Position numbers and translations under genes: made by a program. Below, one piece after another: positions 6,640-15,155 of a stretch of 20,811 bases of DNA. The notes beneath the pieces were generated by a model that saw only the letters and a program-made list of their open reading frames with translations, was not told the origin of the DNA and searched no databases. The stretch covers positions 1 to 20,811 of the forward strand of contig JAHQXB010000020.1 of the NCBI GenBank assembly GCA_029856435.1, given 5' to 3'. Origin of the DNA: Candidatus Jordarchaeia archaeon. Its GTDB lineage: Archaea; Asgardarchaeota; Jordiarchaeia; Jordiarchaeales; Jordiarchaeaceae. Positions within the stretch are counted from its first letter, which is position 1; every line of letters begins with the position of its first letter.

Positions 6640-8142
6640 ATGAGGACTACACCCATTGGTATTGTGATGTTTAACGATGAGAGAGAACATGTGTACACTA
6701 AAAATAATAGGGAATGCATGGAAGTCGTGCAAAAGTGGGCGGAAATCATTCGAAAGGGCATAAAAAATTTGGATGGCACAGCACCCGAAGTAGTTACTGG
6801 TTCAGAAATAATTACCTCGGTTAGAGTGGCTCAAGAAGTCGGTGAGGAGCTTTCCCGAGCCAATTGTAAACAGTTAATACTGTGTTTCTATGTTTGGAAC
6901 TTTCCCTTCTTTGTGTGGCCCTTCATAAACAGTGTGGGCCGGGAAAAACCCATTCTCTGCCTCTCAAATAACAGCGGCAAATTTCCGGGAAACGTGGGAC
7001 TGCTCGCTACCGATGGAGCTCTGCGCCAGGCGGGCATAAGAACTCATCGCATTGTGGGCGACATGGACGATCCAGAAGTGAGAGCCAAGGTGTTTGATTG
7101 GATTCGGGCAGCCCAAGCATGTACTGTTATCCAAAATGAGGTTTATGGGATGTATGGTGGCCACAGTATGGGAATGGAGACCGGTTACCACCACCTTGTT
7201 CCCATCCTGAAGACCTTTGGTACTACCGTCCGCCAGATTGACCAGTTGTGGCTTGTAGAAAAGATGAAGGAAATAGACGAAGGAGAAGTGGAAAAGGGAT
7301 TAAAATGGTTCGAAGAGCTCATGGGTGAAAGAATAAAGTATGATGGGAAAATGTTGACCCGTGAATCACTAAAAAAGCAGATCCGCCTCTACCTTGCCAT
7401 GAAGAAGGTGAACGAAGAAAAAGGTTTCGATTTCTGTGGATTGAAGGGACAACGTGAATTAACCGAGTATGTTTGCCTAGGCGACGTAGCAGAAATGCTT
7501 ATGAATGACCCCTACGATTGGAATGGGCCAAAAGAAACCACGGTGTGCGCCACCGAAGCAGACTCCTTGGCAGCAATGACCATGCAGCTTCTGAAATACA
7601 TTAGTGGCGGACTTCCAGTGCTATTTATGGATGTGAGACTTTATCACCCTGATAGAGACCTGTGGGACTTTTGCAATTCTGGTAACCACGCCAGCTGGTA
7701 CGCTTCAAGAAGCATGGATCCCAAAGAGAACTTCAAGAAGGTGACCTTCCACCCCGCCCTAGAGTTCTATTTCAAGGCTGGGGGAGCCTCAGTAGAGTTT
7801 GACGCTGCTCCGGGTGAAATAACATTCGCCCGCCTAGGCCTATGGGACGACAGGCTCTACATGGTCATCGTGCCTGGCGAAGCAGTGGAACTCCCCCCAG
7901 AGGAGAGAAAGGCGCTAAACGCCCAAACCGACCCCACCTGGCCACATGTCCATGCCAAACTGCACTGCAGTTTCGATGAGTTCCTAAGTGTTTTTCCAAG
8001 CAACCACATATTAGGCGTCGCTGGGAACCACGTTCGACCACTAATTTATCTCTGCGAAATGGTGGGAATAGAACCAATAGTTCTAGGATCCCAAGCGCAA
8101 AAAGTGATTACACCCATCTGGGAGCGTGTCCCAAAAACCTGA
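6640..8142 (+). CDS. fucI: L-fucose (D-arabinose) isomerase family protein
   Basis: GLKGQRELTE..CLGDVAEMLMNDPYDWNG, CATEAD (catalytic Glu), FMDVR (catalytic Asp) and SNH (metal His) parallel E. coli FucI (GFQGQRHWTD, FDWNG, ATEND, FADVR, ANH). The ORF track start is GTG 6631; ATG 6640 follows an AGGTG RBS. Confidence 0.82.
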   Translation: MRTTPIGIVMFNDEREHVYTKNNRECMEVVQKWAEIIRKGIKNLDGTAPEVVTGSEIITSVRVAQEVGEELSRANCKQLILCFYVWNFPFFVWPFINSVGREKPILCLSNNSGKFPGNVGLLATDGALRQAGIRTHRIVGDMDDPEVRAKVFDWIRAAQACTVIQNEVYGMYGGHSMGMETGYHHLVPILKTFGTTVRQIDQLWLVEKMKEIDEGEVEKGLKWFEELMGERIKYDGKMLTRESLKKQIRLYLAMKKVNEEKGFDFCGLKGQRELTEYVCLGDVAEMLMNDPYDWNGPKETTVCATEADSLAAMTMQLLKYISGGLPVLFMDVRLYHPDRDLWDFCNSGNHASWYASRSMDPKENFKKVTFHPALEFYFKAGGASVEFDAAPGEITFARLGLWDDRLYMVIVPGEAVELPPEERKALNAQTDPTWPHVHAKLHCSFDEFLSVFPSNHILGVAGNHVRPLIYLCEMVGIEPIVLGSQAQKVITPIWERVPKT

Positions 8143-8181
8143 AAATCCAAAGAAGGCCAAACACTAACTGAATGTACCGTT

Positions 8182-9552
8182 TTATGAGACCTTATTGGGT
8201 TTCGGCGAAATCTTAAAAGCGTAAGCGGGAGATTCTGTAAGATCCCTTGGTAGGGTAATCCTCAAATGGTTACCCTCCTGCTTCCAGTCTAGGAACTCAT
8301 TATATCCTAGTAATTGCACAGTAGAACCACCTACTGCCTGGAGCGAGTTTATGGTTATCCAGTCTTGCTTTGGACGTCCCAGAAGTATGGCGTACAATTC
8401 TTTTTCTTTCTGTGTGAATCTTACTGAGACACCTTCTTTAGTAGTTCCCTCGGCTGTGTGCCAGGGTCGCGTTTTGAATATGGCTTCACCGTTGGTTTGT
8501 AGCCACTGCCCCAACTCCAGTAAGCGTTTCCGCTGCAGGTTGGGGATGATCCCCTCCGCTGTGGGTCCAACGCCCAAAAGCAGGTTTCCATTCTTGCTGA
8601 CAATGTCCACCAGTGAGTGGACTAGTTCCCTGAGGGGAATTATGTGCTCTGATCCCTCGTTGCGGTTGTAGCCGAATGAGTACCCCAGTCCTCGTGTGCA
8701 CTCCCATTTCTGGGACCAAATTTGGTTGAAGAAGGCGTATTCTGGGGTTCTAAAGTCAAAGTGTACAGTGTCTGGGGGACTGAGAAGTGCAAAGCGGTCG
8801 TTTACAACGCCGTCTGGAATTTTGTTGTAGTAGTAGGCGAATATTTCGTTGGGATTGGCTGCGGCTGGGTACCCTATGTCGTTCCAGAGTATTGAGGGCT
8901 GGTAGCGGTCTATTAGTTCCTGCCAGTGTTTGTTGGCGTATGCAGCGTATTCTGGACTCTGGGGTACAGCAGCTAAAAGGTCGTTGAAGTTTCTTATTAC
9001 TGTGTCGTTGAATGTGAAGTCTAGTCCTCCTGAATAGTATAGTCCCATTCTCATTCCCCTTGAGAGTACGGATTTGGTTAATTCTCCTACTATGTCTCTT
9101 TGGCTGAAATAGTTTTGTTTTTTGGGATTAGGTGTTTCACTGGGCCAAAGTAGGAAGCCGTCGTGGTGTTTGGTTGTGAGAACCACGTAGCGTGCCCCAA
9201 TTTTTTTGAATAAGTTAGCCCATTCGTTGGGATTCCAGTTTTGGATGGCTTCGTTAAACATGGGAATAAAATTGTCGTAGGAGAAGTCTTCTCCATAGGT
9301 TTTTATGTGGTAGTGGTAGGATGGGCTGCCCTTTATTCTGACGGAGTTTACATACCACTCCGCATAGGGGTTTTTGGAAAACCAGCCTTCCCATCCCTCC
9401 TTGGCAACCACCTCATGAAATTTGCCTGTGGTGGGTGCCCATCCCGGCACCGAGTACAGGCCCCAGTGGATAAATATCCCCAGCTTAGCGTCATGAAACC
9501 AGTCGGGAACAGTGTGTTTCTTTAGAGATTGGGAACTAGGCTCATACACCAT
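8182..9552 (-). CDS. Alpha-L-fucosidase, glycoside hydrolase family 29 (no signal peptide)
   Basis: PDWFHDAKLGIFIHWGLYSVPG, LTTKHHDGFLLW, LWNDIG (nucleophile Asp), WECTRGLGYSFGYN and IVSKNGNLLLGVGP. ATG 9552 follows GGGTGA; the ORF track starts at 9594. Confidence 0.93.
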   Translation of the reverse strand: MVYEPSSQSLKKHTVPDWFHDAKLGIFIHWGLYSVPGWAPTTGKFHEVVAKEGWEGWFSKNPYAEWYVNSVRIKGSPSYHYHIKTYGEDFSYDNFIPMFNEAIQNWNPNEWANLFKKIGARYVVLTTKHHDGFLLWPSETPNPKKQNYFSQRDIVGELTKSVLSRGMRMGLYYSGGLDFTFNDTVIRNFNDLLAAVPQSPEYAAYANKHWQELIDRYQPSILWNDIGYPAAANPNEIFAYYYNKIPDGVVNDRFALLSPPDTVHFDFRTPEYAFFNQIWSQKWECTRGLGYSFGYNRNEGSEHIIPLRELVHSLVDIVSKNGNLLLGVGPTAEGIIPNLQRKRLLELGQWLQTNGEAIFKTRPWHTAEGTTKEGVSVRFTQKEKELYAILLGRPKQDWITINSLQAVGGSTVQLLGYNEFLDWKQEGNHLRITLPRDLTESPAYAFKISPKPNKVS

Positions 9553-9712
9553 AACTTCTTCACCCTTTGAGATACAATTTTTATGGTGGTTCACACTAAT
9601 AATTTTTTTTAAGCTAAACCATTTTGTTCTTGTTGTTGTACGGAAAATTTAACTATGTGTTGATTTGTCGTTAGTGGAGAAAATTTTGTAATGTGATTGG
9701 AGGTTGGTTGAA

Positions 9713-10828
9713 ATGTTGAAATTTGGAACTGTTGGGCCTACTTTTCCTCCCATAGAGCGTATTCCGGAGCAGGCTAAGAGGTTGGAAGAGAGAGGATATG
9801 ACTCCATATGGTTTCCGGATCATCTTATGGGGTGGTATCCTCAGAGTATTTGGACTTCAGATATAGTTGGTGCCTTTGCACAGTTCAGCCCTCACGTGTT
9901 TTTTGAGACCACTCTTTCAATTGCGCTGGCCGCTTCTACTACAACAAGGCTCCTGATAGGTTCAAGTGTAACTGAACCTATAAGGCACCATCCGGTAATG
10001 CTTGCTCAGAGCTACGCAACCCTAGAACACATTACCAGAGGTAGAGTTATTCTGGGAATCGGGGCGGGAGAAAAAGAAAATTGTGAGCCCTACGGCCTGA
10101 AGTATGAAAACATAGTTAGTAGGCTTGAGGAAGCCCTGCAAATTATTCGCCTCTGCTGGAATGCGAAAAGAGATGAGCTTCTAAACTTTGAGGGAAAATT
10201 CTGGACCTTAAAGGATGCTGTGTTTGAACTGCCTCCGCTGAAGGGTAGACCGCCCATATGGATTGGTGGTGCGGGTCCTAGGATGGCTAAGCTTGTTGGA
10301 ACATACGCCGACGGTTGGCTTCCCTTCACACTTGACGTTGAAACTTACAAAAACCGCCTACAAATCATAAAAGAAGCCGCCCGGAAAGCCAGAAGAAACT
10401 ATGGCGCGATTGCGAAGGCTCTTTACACCAGTTTAATTATCGATGAGAGTCACGATGAGTGCATACGCATAATGCAGTCACCCATACTAAAAGCCCATGC
10501 TCTAGCTACTCCTTCAGAAATATTCGAAAAACATGGCTACGAACACCCCCTGGGCAAAAAGTTCTACGGATTAACAGATTTTGTCCCCTCAAGACTATCA
10601 AAAGAGCAGGCTATGAAGGCAATTGAAAAAGTTCCCCTAGAAGTTGTACAGGACAGCTACCTTTGGGGTACCCCCGAAGAAATCATAGAAAAAATAGACA
10701 AGTTCGTCAAAGTGGGAATGGAACACTTCATAGTGTGGAATGAAACCTATTTTGGAGACCCCACCAAGGTAAGCAGCTCCTACCGCTGCATAGCAGAAGT
10801 AATGAAATATTTCAAAGAATCCAAATGA
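9713..10828 (+). CDS. LLM-family (luciferase-like) oxidoreductase, probably F420-dependent, Rv2951c/phthiodiolone ketoreductase-like
   Basis: DSIWFPDHL, GRVILGIGAGEKENCEPYG, SRLEEAL and IWIGGAGPRM...ADGW resemble the mycobacterial Rv2951c subfamily as I recall it. GGAGGT RBS 8 nt before ATG 9713. Confidence 0.85.
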   Translation: MLKFGTVGPTFPPIERIPEQAKRLEERGYDSIWFPDHLMGWYPQSIWTSDIVGAFAQFSPHVFFETTLSIALAASTTTRLLIGSSVTEPIRHHPVMLAQSYATLEHITRGRVILGIGAGEKENCEPYGLKYENIVSRLEEALQIIRLCWNAKRDELLNFEGKFWTLKDAVFELPPLKGRPPIWIGGAGPRMAKLVGTYADGWLPFTLDVETYKNRLQIIKEAARKARRNYGAIAKALYTSLIIDESHDECIRIMQSPILKAHALATPSEIFEKHGYEHPLGKKFYGLTDFVPSRLSKEQAMKAIEKVPLEVVQDSYLWGTPEEIIEKIDKFVKVGMEHFIVWNETYFGDPTKVSSSYRCIAEVMKYFKESK

Positions 10829-10836
10829 ACCACCAA

Positions 10837-10910
10837 TTTTTTCCTTTTTAAAAAGCTTAATCCACTCGTCCATTCCAAATAAAGGGAGAGGGAGATTAAA
10901 AAATAAGAAA
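10837..10910. terminator. Bidirectional oligo-T terminator region between convergent genes
   Basis: A T-rich run on + (10837-10849) follows the LLM stop. An A-rich run (10898-10910), which is T-rich on -, follows the aminotransferase stop. Confidence 0.45.
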
Positions 10911-10931
10911 TAATGGTTGGTTTCTCAAACA

Positions 10932-12317
10932 TTACTGGAATAGTTGGGGTGAAATTTCTTTTATTACTGGTTTTAAAGTTTCTATGCTCTGCTGTGCGGC
11001 TTCTAGGGCTTTTTTCACGTCGTCTCTGGTGGTGACAGCTGACACGTTGGGGTGGTCTCGATAGTATATTCCTCGGTTAAGTGAGTCCAAGTCGAAGTAG
11101 TTTTGGCATCGGGTGTCAGCAGTTTTTAGTGTTCGATAGTCCACCACCTTCTCTTTTGTCCAGAAAATGTGGAAGAATGAGCCTACGCCACCCACCTGGG
11201 CATTAATGTTTTGGTCGCTCAGGATTTCAGCCAAGCCTTCCCTCATTTCTTCTCCAAGCTTGTTCATTTTCTCATAAACATCCTTTGTTAAGACATCCAG
11301 TGTAGCGGCTCCCGCAACCATTGCCAAGGGAAAAGCGTTAAAGGTTCCAGAGAAGAACAACTGCGGTCCCTCGGGCAACTCGAATGAAAATTGTTTCATA
11401 ATTTCATGGCTGGAAACATAGGCTCCCACCGGAAAACCGCCACCAATAAGTTTACCCAGAGTGGTGATATCTGGCGTTACCCCATAGAGTTCCTGGGCCC
11501 CTCCCCTGCTTACCCGGTAGCACACAACTTCATCGAATATGAGGAGGATTCCATACATCTCGGTTAGTTCTCGCACCCTCTCAAGGTACCCCTCCTTGGG
11601 TTCGTAGCCTCTCTGTATGGGCTCTAAGATAACTGCGGCCAACTCGTCCTTGTGCTTTTTGATGGTTTTTTCCATAATCTCAATATTGTTGAAGGGCACA
11701 ACCAGTGTGTTTTCAATTACTCCTCGGGGAATTCCTTTGCTGAAGGGGACCCTATTGGGGTTAAGCGGTGGGCCTTGCTCTTCGGGGGTGGGAAAGACGC
11801 TAATGTCTACTGCGTCCCAGGTTCCATGATAGGCCCCCTCACACTTTACTATTTTTTCCTTCTTGGTGTAGCATCTAGCCAGTCTTATTGCTTGGTGTAC
11901 AGCTTCGGTGCCCGAGGGAGTAAACCTCACCTGTTCTGCGCTGGGAATTCTTTCAACCAGCCTCTTTGCCAGTTCAACCTCATGTTCCGTGGGGCCACCA
12001 AAGGAGGTGCCACACTCTATCTGTTGATTAATAGCCTCCATAACCTTAGGGTGTTTATGGCCCAGAACCAGACAAGTCATATTAAAGTTGAAGTCTATAT
12101 ACTCGTTGTCATCTATATCCCAGAGACGTGCACCCTCACCTTTCCGTATATAGGCAGGGTAGGGCATCATAAAAACTGCAATCCGGGTGTTCGCACCGGG
12201 CATCACCTTCAAAGCCTCGTCAAACCTTTGCTTGGAACGCTTTGTCCTATTCATATATTCCTGAACTATGGAGCTAACAATTTTTGCTTCCGCACTCATC
12301 CAAACATCTCCATTCAA
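10932..12317 (-). CDS. Class III PLP aminotransferase, glutamate-1-semialdehyde aminomutase-like / beta-amino acid transaminase-like
   Basis: MPGANTR, FTPSGTEA, LIFDEV, DITTLGKLIGGGFPVGA (PLP Lys) and SGTFNA. It lacks the canonical HemL YVxSWGPxILGH and QAGTLSGNP. Start is 12317 or 12299. Confidence 0.85.
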   Translation of the reverse strand: MNGDVWMSAEAKIVSSIVQEYMNRTKRSKQRFDEALKVMPGANTRIAVFMMPYPAYIRKGEGARLWDIDDNEYIDFNFNMTCLVLGHKHPKVMEAINQQIECGTSFGGPTEHEVELAKRLVERIPSAEQVRFTPSGTEAVHQAIRLARCYTKKEKIVKCEGAYHGTWDAVDISVFPTPEEQGPPLNPNRVPFSKGIPRGVIENTLVVPFNNIEIMEKTIKKHKDELAAVILEPIQRGYEPKEGYLERVRELTEMYGILLIFDEVVCYRVSRGGAQELYGVTPDITTLGKLIGGGFPVGAYVSSHEIMKQFSFELPEGPQLFFSGTFNAFPLAMVAGAATLDVLTKDVYEKMNKLGEEMREGLAEILSDQNINAQVGGVGSFFHIFWTKEKVVDYRTLKTADTRCQNYFDLDSLNRGIYYRDHPNVSAVTTRDDVKKALEAAQQSIETLKPVIKEISPQLFQ

Positions 12318-12339
12318 AATGTTTCTTACAAAGACTCAA

Positions 12340-12395
12340 TACGCATAAATAAAAAGTTTATCCCCAAGCTTAGGCAAAAGCATAATTTAAAATAG
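12340..12395. promoter_or_regulatory. Back-to-back TATA elements for the divergent aminotransferase and hydrolase genes
   Basis: TTTTTATTTATG on - (about 12345-12356) and AAAAG...TTTAAAAT on + (about 12376-12393), within an intergenic gap of about 120 nt. Confidence 0.4.
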
Positions 12396-12440
12396 GCCCC
12401 TTCACAGAATAATAAAAAACAATTGGGAGGCGCGAATGGT

Positions 12441-13238
12441 TTGCCCAAAATAAAAGTTCGTGACATAAACATTTACTACGAAATCCATGGAGAAGGACAT
12501 CCTCTAGTGATGATAATGGGACTAAGCGCAAACAAGGACTGGTGGCATCCATATCTCATTGAGCAATTTTCCAAAAGTTTCAAAACCGTAATATTTGACA
12601 ACAGGGGGGCCGGAAGAACAGACAAGCCGAAAATAGAGTATTCCATTAAAATGTTTGCGGACGACACTGTAGGGCTAATGGATGCCCTAGGCATAAAAAA
12701 GGCCCACATACTGGGCGTATCCATGGGTGGAATGATTGGCCAAGAGATAGCCTTAAGCTACCCGGATAGGGTCAACAAGCTGGTTCTCGTCTCTACAACG
12801 TGTGGTGGACCAAAATCTGTGCCAGTTCCTCCAGAAACTCTCAAGATGATGCTGAACAGGGGAGAAATGACTGAGGAGGAGCGCATGAGGATAACTGTGG
12901 AGCTACTCTACCCTGAGGAGTATAGAAAAAATAATCCAGGAATAATTGAGGAAACCTTCCAGCGTCTAATGATAGCCCCCATACCCATAGACGCCTACAT
13001 GAGACAATTGACGGCCGCCTCAAAGTTTGATTCTTATGAAAGTCTCCCCAAAATTAAAGCGCCTACAATAGTTCTTACGGGAAAAAAGGATGTTCTTCTA
13101 CCCTGGGAGAACTCAAAAATACTGGCGGAAAGAATTCCAGGCGCAAAACTGGTAACCTTCGAGGAATCAGGACATGGCATGGTTTCCCAGAACGCTAAGG
13201 AATTCGCCCAAGCGGTAATAGAATTTTTAAAGGACTAA
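12441..13238 (+). CDS. Alpha/beta-fold hydrolase (3-oxoadipate enol-lactonase/MhpC-like), paralog A
   Basis: FDNRGAGRT, GVSMGG (nucleophile elbow), GKKD (acid) and SGHG (His). TTG 12441 follows GGAGG and aligns with the start of paralog B. Confidence 0.9.
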   Translation: MPKIKVRDINIYYEIHGEGHPLVMIMGLSANKDWWHPYLIEQFSKSFKTVIFDNRGAGRTDKPKIEYSIKMFADDTVGLMDALGIKKAHILGVSMGGMIGQEIALSYPDRVNKLVLVSTTCGGPKSVPVPPETLKMMLNRGEMTEEERMRITVELLYPEEYRKNNPGIIEETFQRLMIAPIPIDAYMRQLTAASKFDSYESLPKIKAPTIVLTGKKDVLLPWENSKILAERIPGAKLVTFEESGHGMVSQNAKEFAQAVIEFLKD

Positions 13239-13295
13239 AAGTACCAGCATCGTCTTTCTCCTTTAATGAATCAGAGCTTGGATTGGAAGGTGGAT

Positions 13296-13326
13296 TGGAG
13301 CTTATTGCTCCACCATTTTTATTTTT
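13296..13326 (+). terminator. Hairpin TGGAGC-TTATT-GCTCCA followed by T tracts
   Basis: 6-bp stem at 13296-13312, then TTTTTATTTTT, about 60 nt after the stop of hydrolase A. Confidence 0.35.
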
Positions 13327-13520
13327 AATGAGTTAAACTAGTCGAATTGAAACGAGAAACTGGAAAAACTGAGGTAGTTTTATCCCCCAAAATTTCGCTG
13401 CAAGAAATAACTTAGCATAAATACGCGGAGTAACTGGGGCTAGGCAAAATTGGAAAGATGATGGTTTGGGTAGAAGAAAATCGTTATAAGAATAAAATAG
13501 GAGATAATAGGTAATAGGAA

Positions 13521-13547
13521 GACAATTACAAATAATTTTAAATTGTC
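13521..13547. promoter_or_regulatory. Inverted repeat GACAATT-N13-AATTGTC bracketing a TATA-like box; candidate operator
   Basis: Perfect 7-bp arms; the spacer contains AATAATTTTA; about 45 nt upstream of hydrolase B. Confidence 0.35.
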
Positions 13548-13590
13548 ACCAAAGGGATATTAATGATTAGAGCTGAGGAGGTGTTCCCAG

Positions 13591-14388
13591 TTGCCAAGGA
13601 TTAGAATAGGCGACATAAAGATGTATTATGAGATCCACGGCAAAGGATTCCCTCTAGTGATGATAATGGGTTTGTCAGCCAATAAGGATTGGTGGCCTGA
13701 CTACTTTATTCAGCAGTTCTCCAAGCGTTTCAAATTGCTCATATTTGACAATAGGGGCGCTGGAAGAACAGACGCACCAAAAATAGATTATACTATAAGA
13801 ATGTTTGCAGATGACACCATAGGCCTCATGGACGCCCTCGAAATAGAGGAGGCGCACATGATTGGCGTGTCTATGGGCGGAATGATTGCCCAAGAGCTGG
13901 TCATAAATTATCCAGATAGAGTGAAGAAACTGGTGCTCTGCTCCACAACCCCGGGTGGACCAAACTCTATACCCACACCGCCAGAAACTGTTCAAAAAAT
14001 AATGCAGAGTGAAGGACTAACAGATGAGCAGATAGCCAGAAGAACCATACCACTACTTTTCACCGAAGAATTCATCAAAAACAATCCAGATGTAGTTGAG
14101 AGGACAGTAAACCGCATACTCATAGCGCCCATATCCAGAGACGCCTTCATGAGGCAGATAAAAGCAATAATGCAGTTTGACGCCTACGACAGGCTGCCAA
14201 AAATCAATAAACCCACCCTAGTAATGGCGGGCAAAGAGGACGTGCTTATACCCTACCGGAACTCAGAAATACTAGCCCAACGCATCCCCAGAGCAAAAAT
14301 AGTCCTCTACGACAAAGTGGGACACGGAATGATCACCCAAGTAGCAGAAGACTGCGCCAAGAAAATATTAGAGTTTCTCGAAAAGTAA
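13591..14388 (+). CDS. Alpha/beta-fold hydrolase, paralog B (tandem duplicate)
   Basis: GVSMGG, GKED and VGHG. Colinear with paralog A at about 60% identity by hand count (159/265). GAGGAGGTG RBS before TTG. Confidence 0.9.
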   Translation: MPRIRIGDIKMYYEIHGKGFPLVMIMGLSANKDWWPDYFIQQFSKRFKLLIFDNRGAGRTDAPKIDYTIRMFADDTIGLMDALEIEEAHMIGVSMGGMIAQELVINYPDRVKKLVLCSTTPGGPNSIPTPPETVQKIMQSEGLTDEQIARRTIPLLFTEEFIKNNPDVVERTVNRILIAPISRDAFMRQIKAIMQFDAYDRLPKINKPTLVMAGKEDVLIPYRNSEILAQRIPRAKIVLYDKVGHGMITQVAEDCAKKILEFLEK

Positions 14389-14470
14389 GCCGACCAAAAA
14401 AGAAGGAGGCTGAAAAAGCACAATTTGAATGCAAAACGGCTTTTTGGAGAATTATGAGTGGTGATTTCTT

Positions 14471-14953
14471 ATGGAGGTTCTATTGGCATACTATTCTAAA
14501 ACGGGCAACACAGAGAAAATAGCCAAGAAAATACAAAAAGTCCTAGAACCAATAGGAAAAGTGGAACTGTTCAAAATTGAGATGGCAAATGAGTACAGCA
14601 GCAGGCTTTTGCACCTTAATCCCCGAATCACCTTCGACTGCCTTTTTAGGAGAAAACCAGAAATTAAAGCCACCAAAAATTTGGAAAAGTACGACGCACT
14701 AATTATTGGCTCCCCAATCTGGTACTTCACAATCGCACCCCCAGTAAATACCTTTATTGATAAACTAGAGAAAGCTAAGGGTAAAAAAGCTGTAATCTTT
14801 GTCTCTTCAGGTATGGGTAGAGAGAAATTCACCAAGAGTCTACAAGAGAAACTGCTGAGTAAAGGTGCGAAAATTGTGAAATCCATTAGCATCAAGCTGG
14901 ACCGAATTGACCAAGGAACACTTCAGGAAATATGCGATGCGCTAAAGTCCTAA
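14471..14953 (+). CDS. Flavodoxin-family protein
   Basis: FMN phosphate loop YYSKTGNTEKIA, IIGSPIWY and FVSSG. GGTGA RBS. Confidence 0.85.
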   Translation: MEVLLAYYSKTGNTEKIAKKIQKVLEPIGKVELFKIEMANEYSSRLLHLNPRITFDCLFRRKPEIKATKNLEKYDALIIGSPIWYFTIAPPVNTFIDKLEKAKGKKAVIFVSSGMGREKFTKSLQEKLLSKGAKIVKSISIKLDRIDQGTLQEICDALKS

Positions 14954-15155
14954 ACCATATTCTTTTTAAATGGGATTATTTTTCAAAAGAAGATTTTTTA
15001 GAAATTTTTAAACAGTTATAAACCATAAAAACTCCTCTTTACGCATTTTAAAGTTTAATATAATCTCTTTTCACACCAGAATAAACTGTTCACTAAAAAT
15101 TTTTAATAACACCCACCAAAACAAGGTTTACCCAAAAAAAACGGGTGAAGGAAGA

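Noticed and set aside
8182-9594. Programmed frameshift in the fucosidase, as known for S. solfataricus fucA1
   Set aside because: The GH29 reading frame here is continuous from the N-terminal to the C-terminal motifs.
10932-12317. Assigning the gene symbol hemL
   Set aside because: HemL-specific motifs are altered and no tetrapyrrole genes are adjacent; it is more likely a paralog with another substrate.
11652-12395. 247-aa + strand ORF
   Set aside because: Almost entirely antisense to the well-supported aminotransferase, with no recognisable motifs; a shadow ORF.
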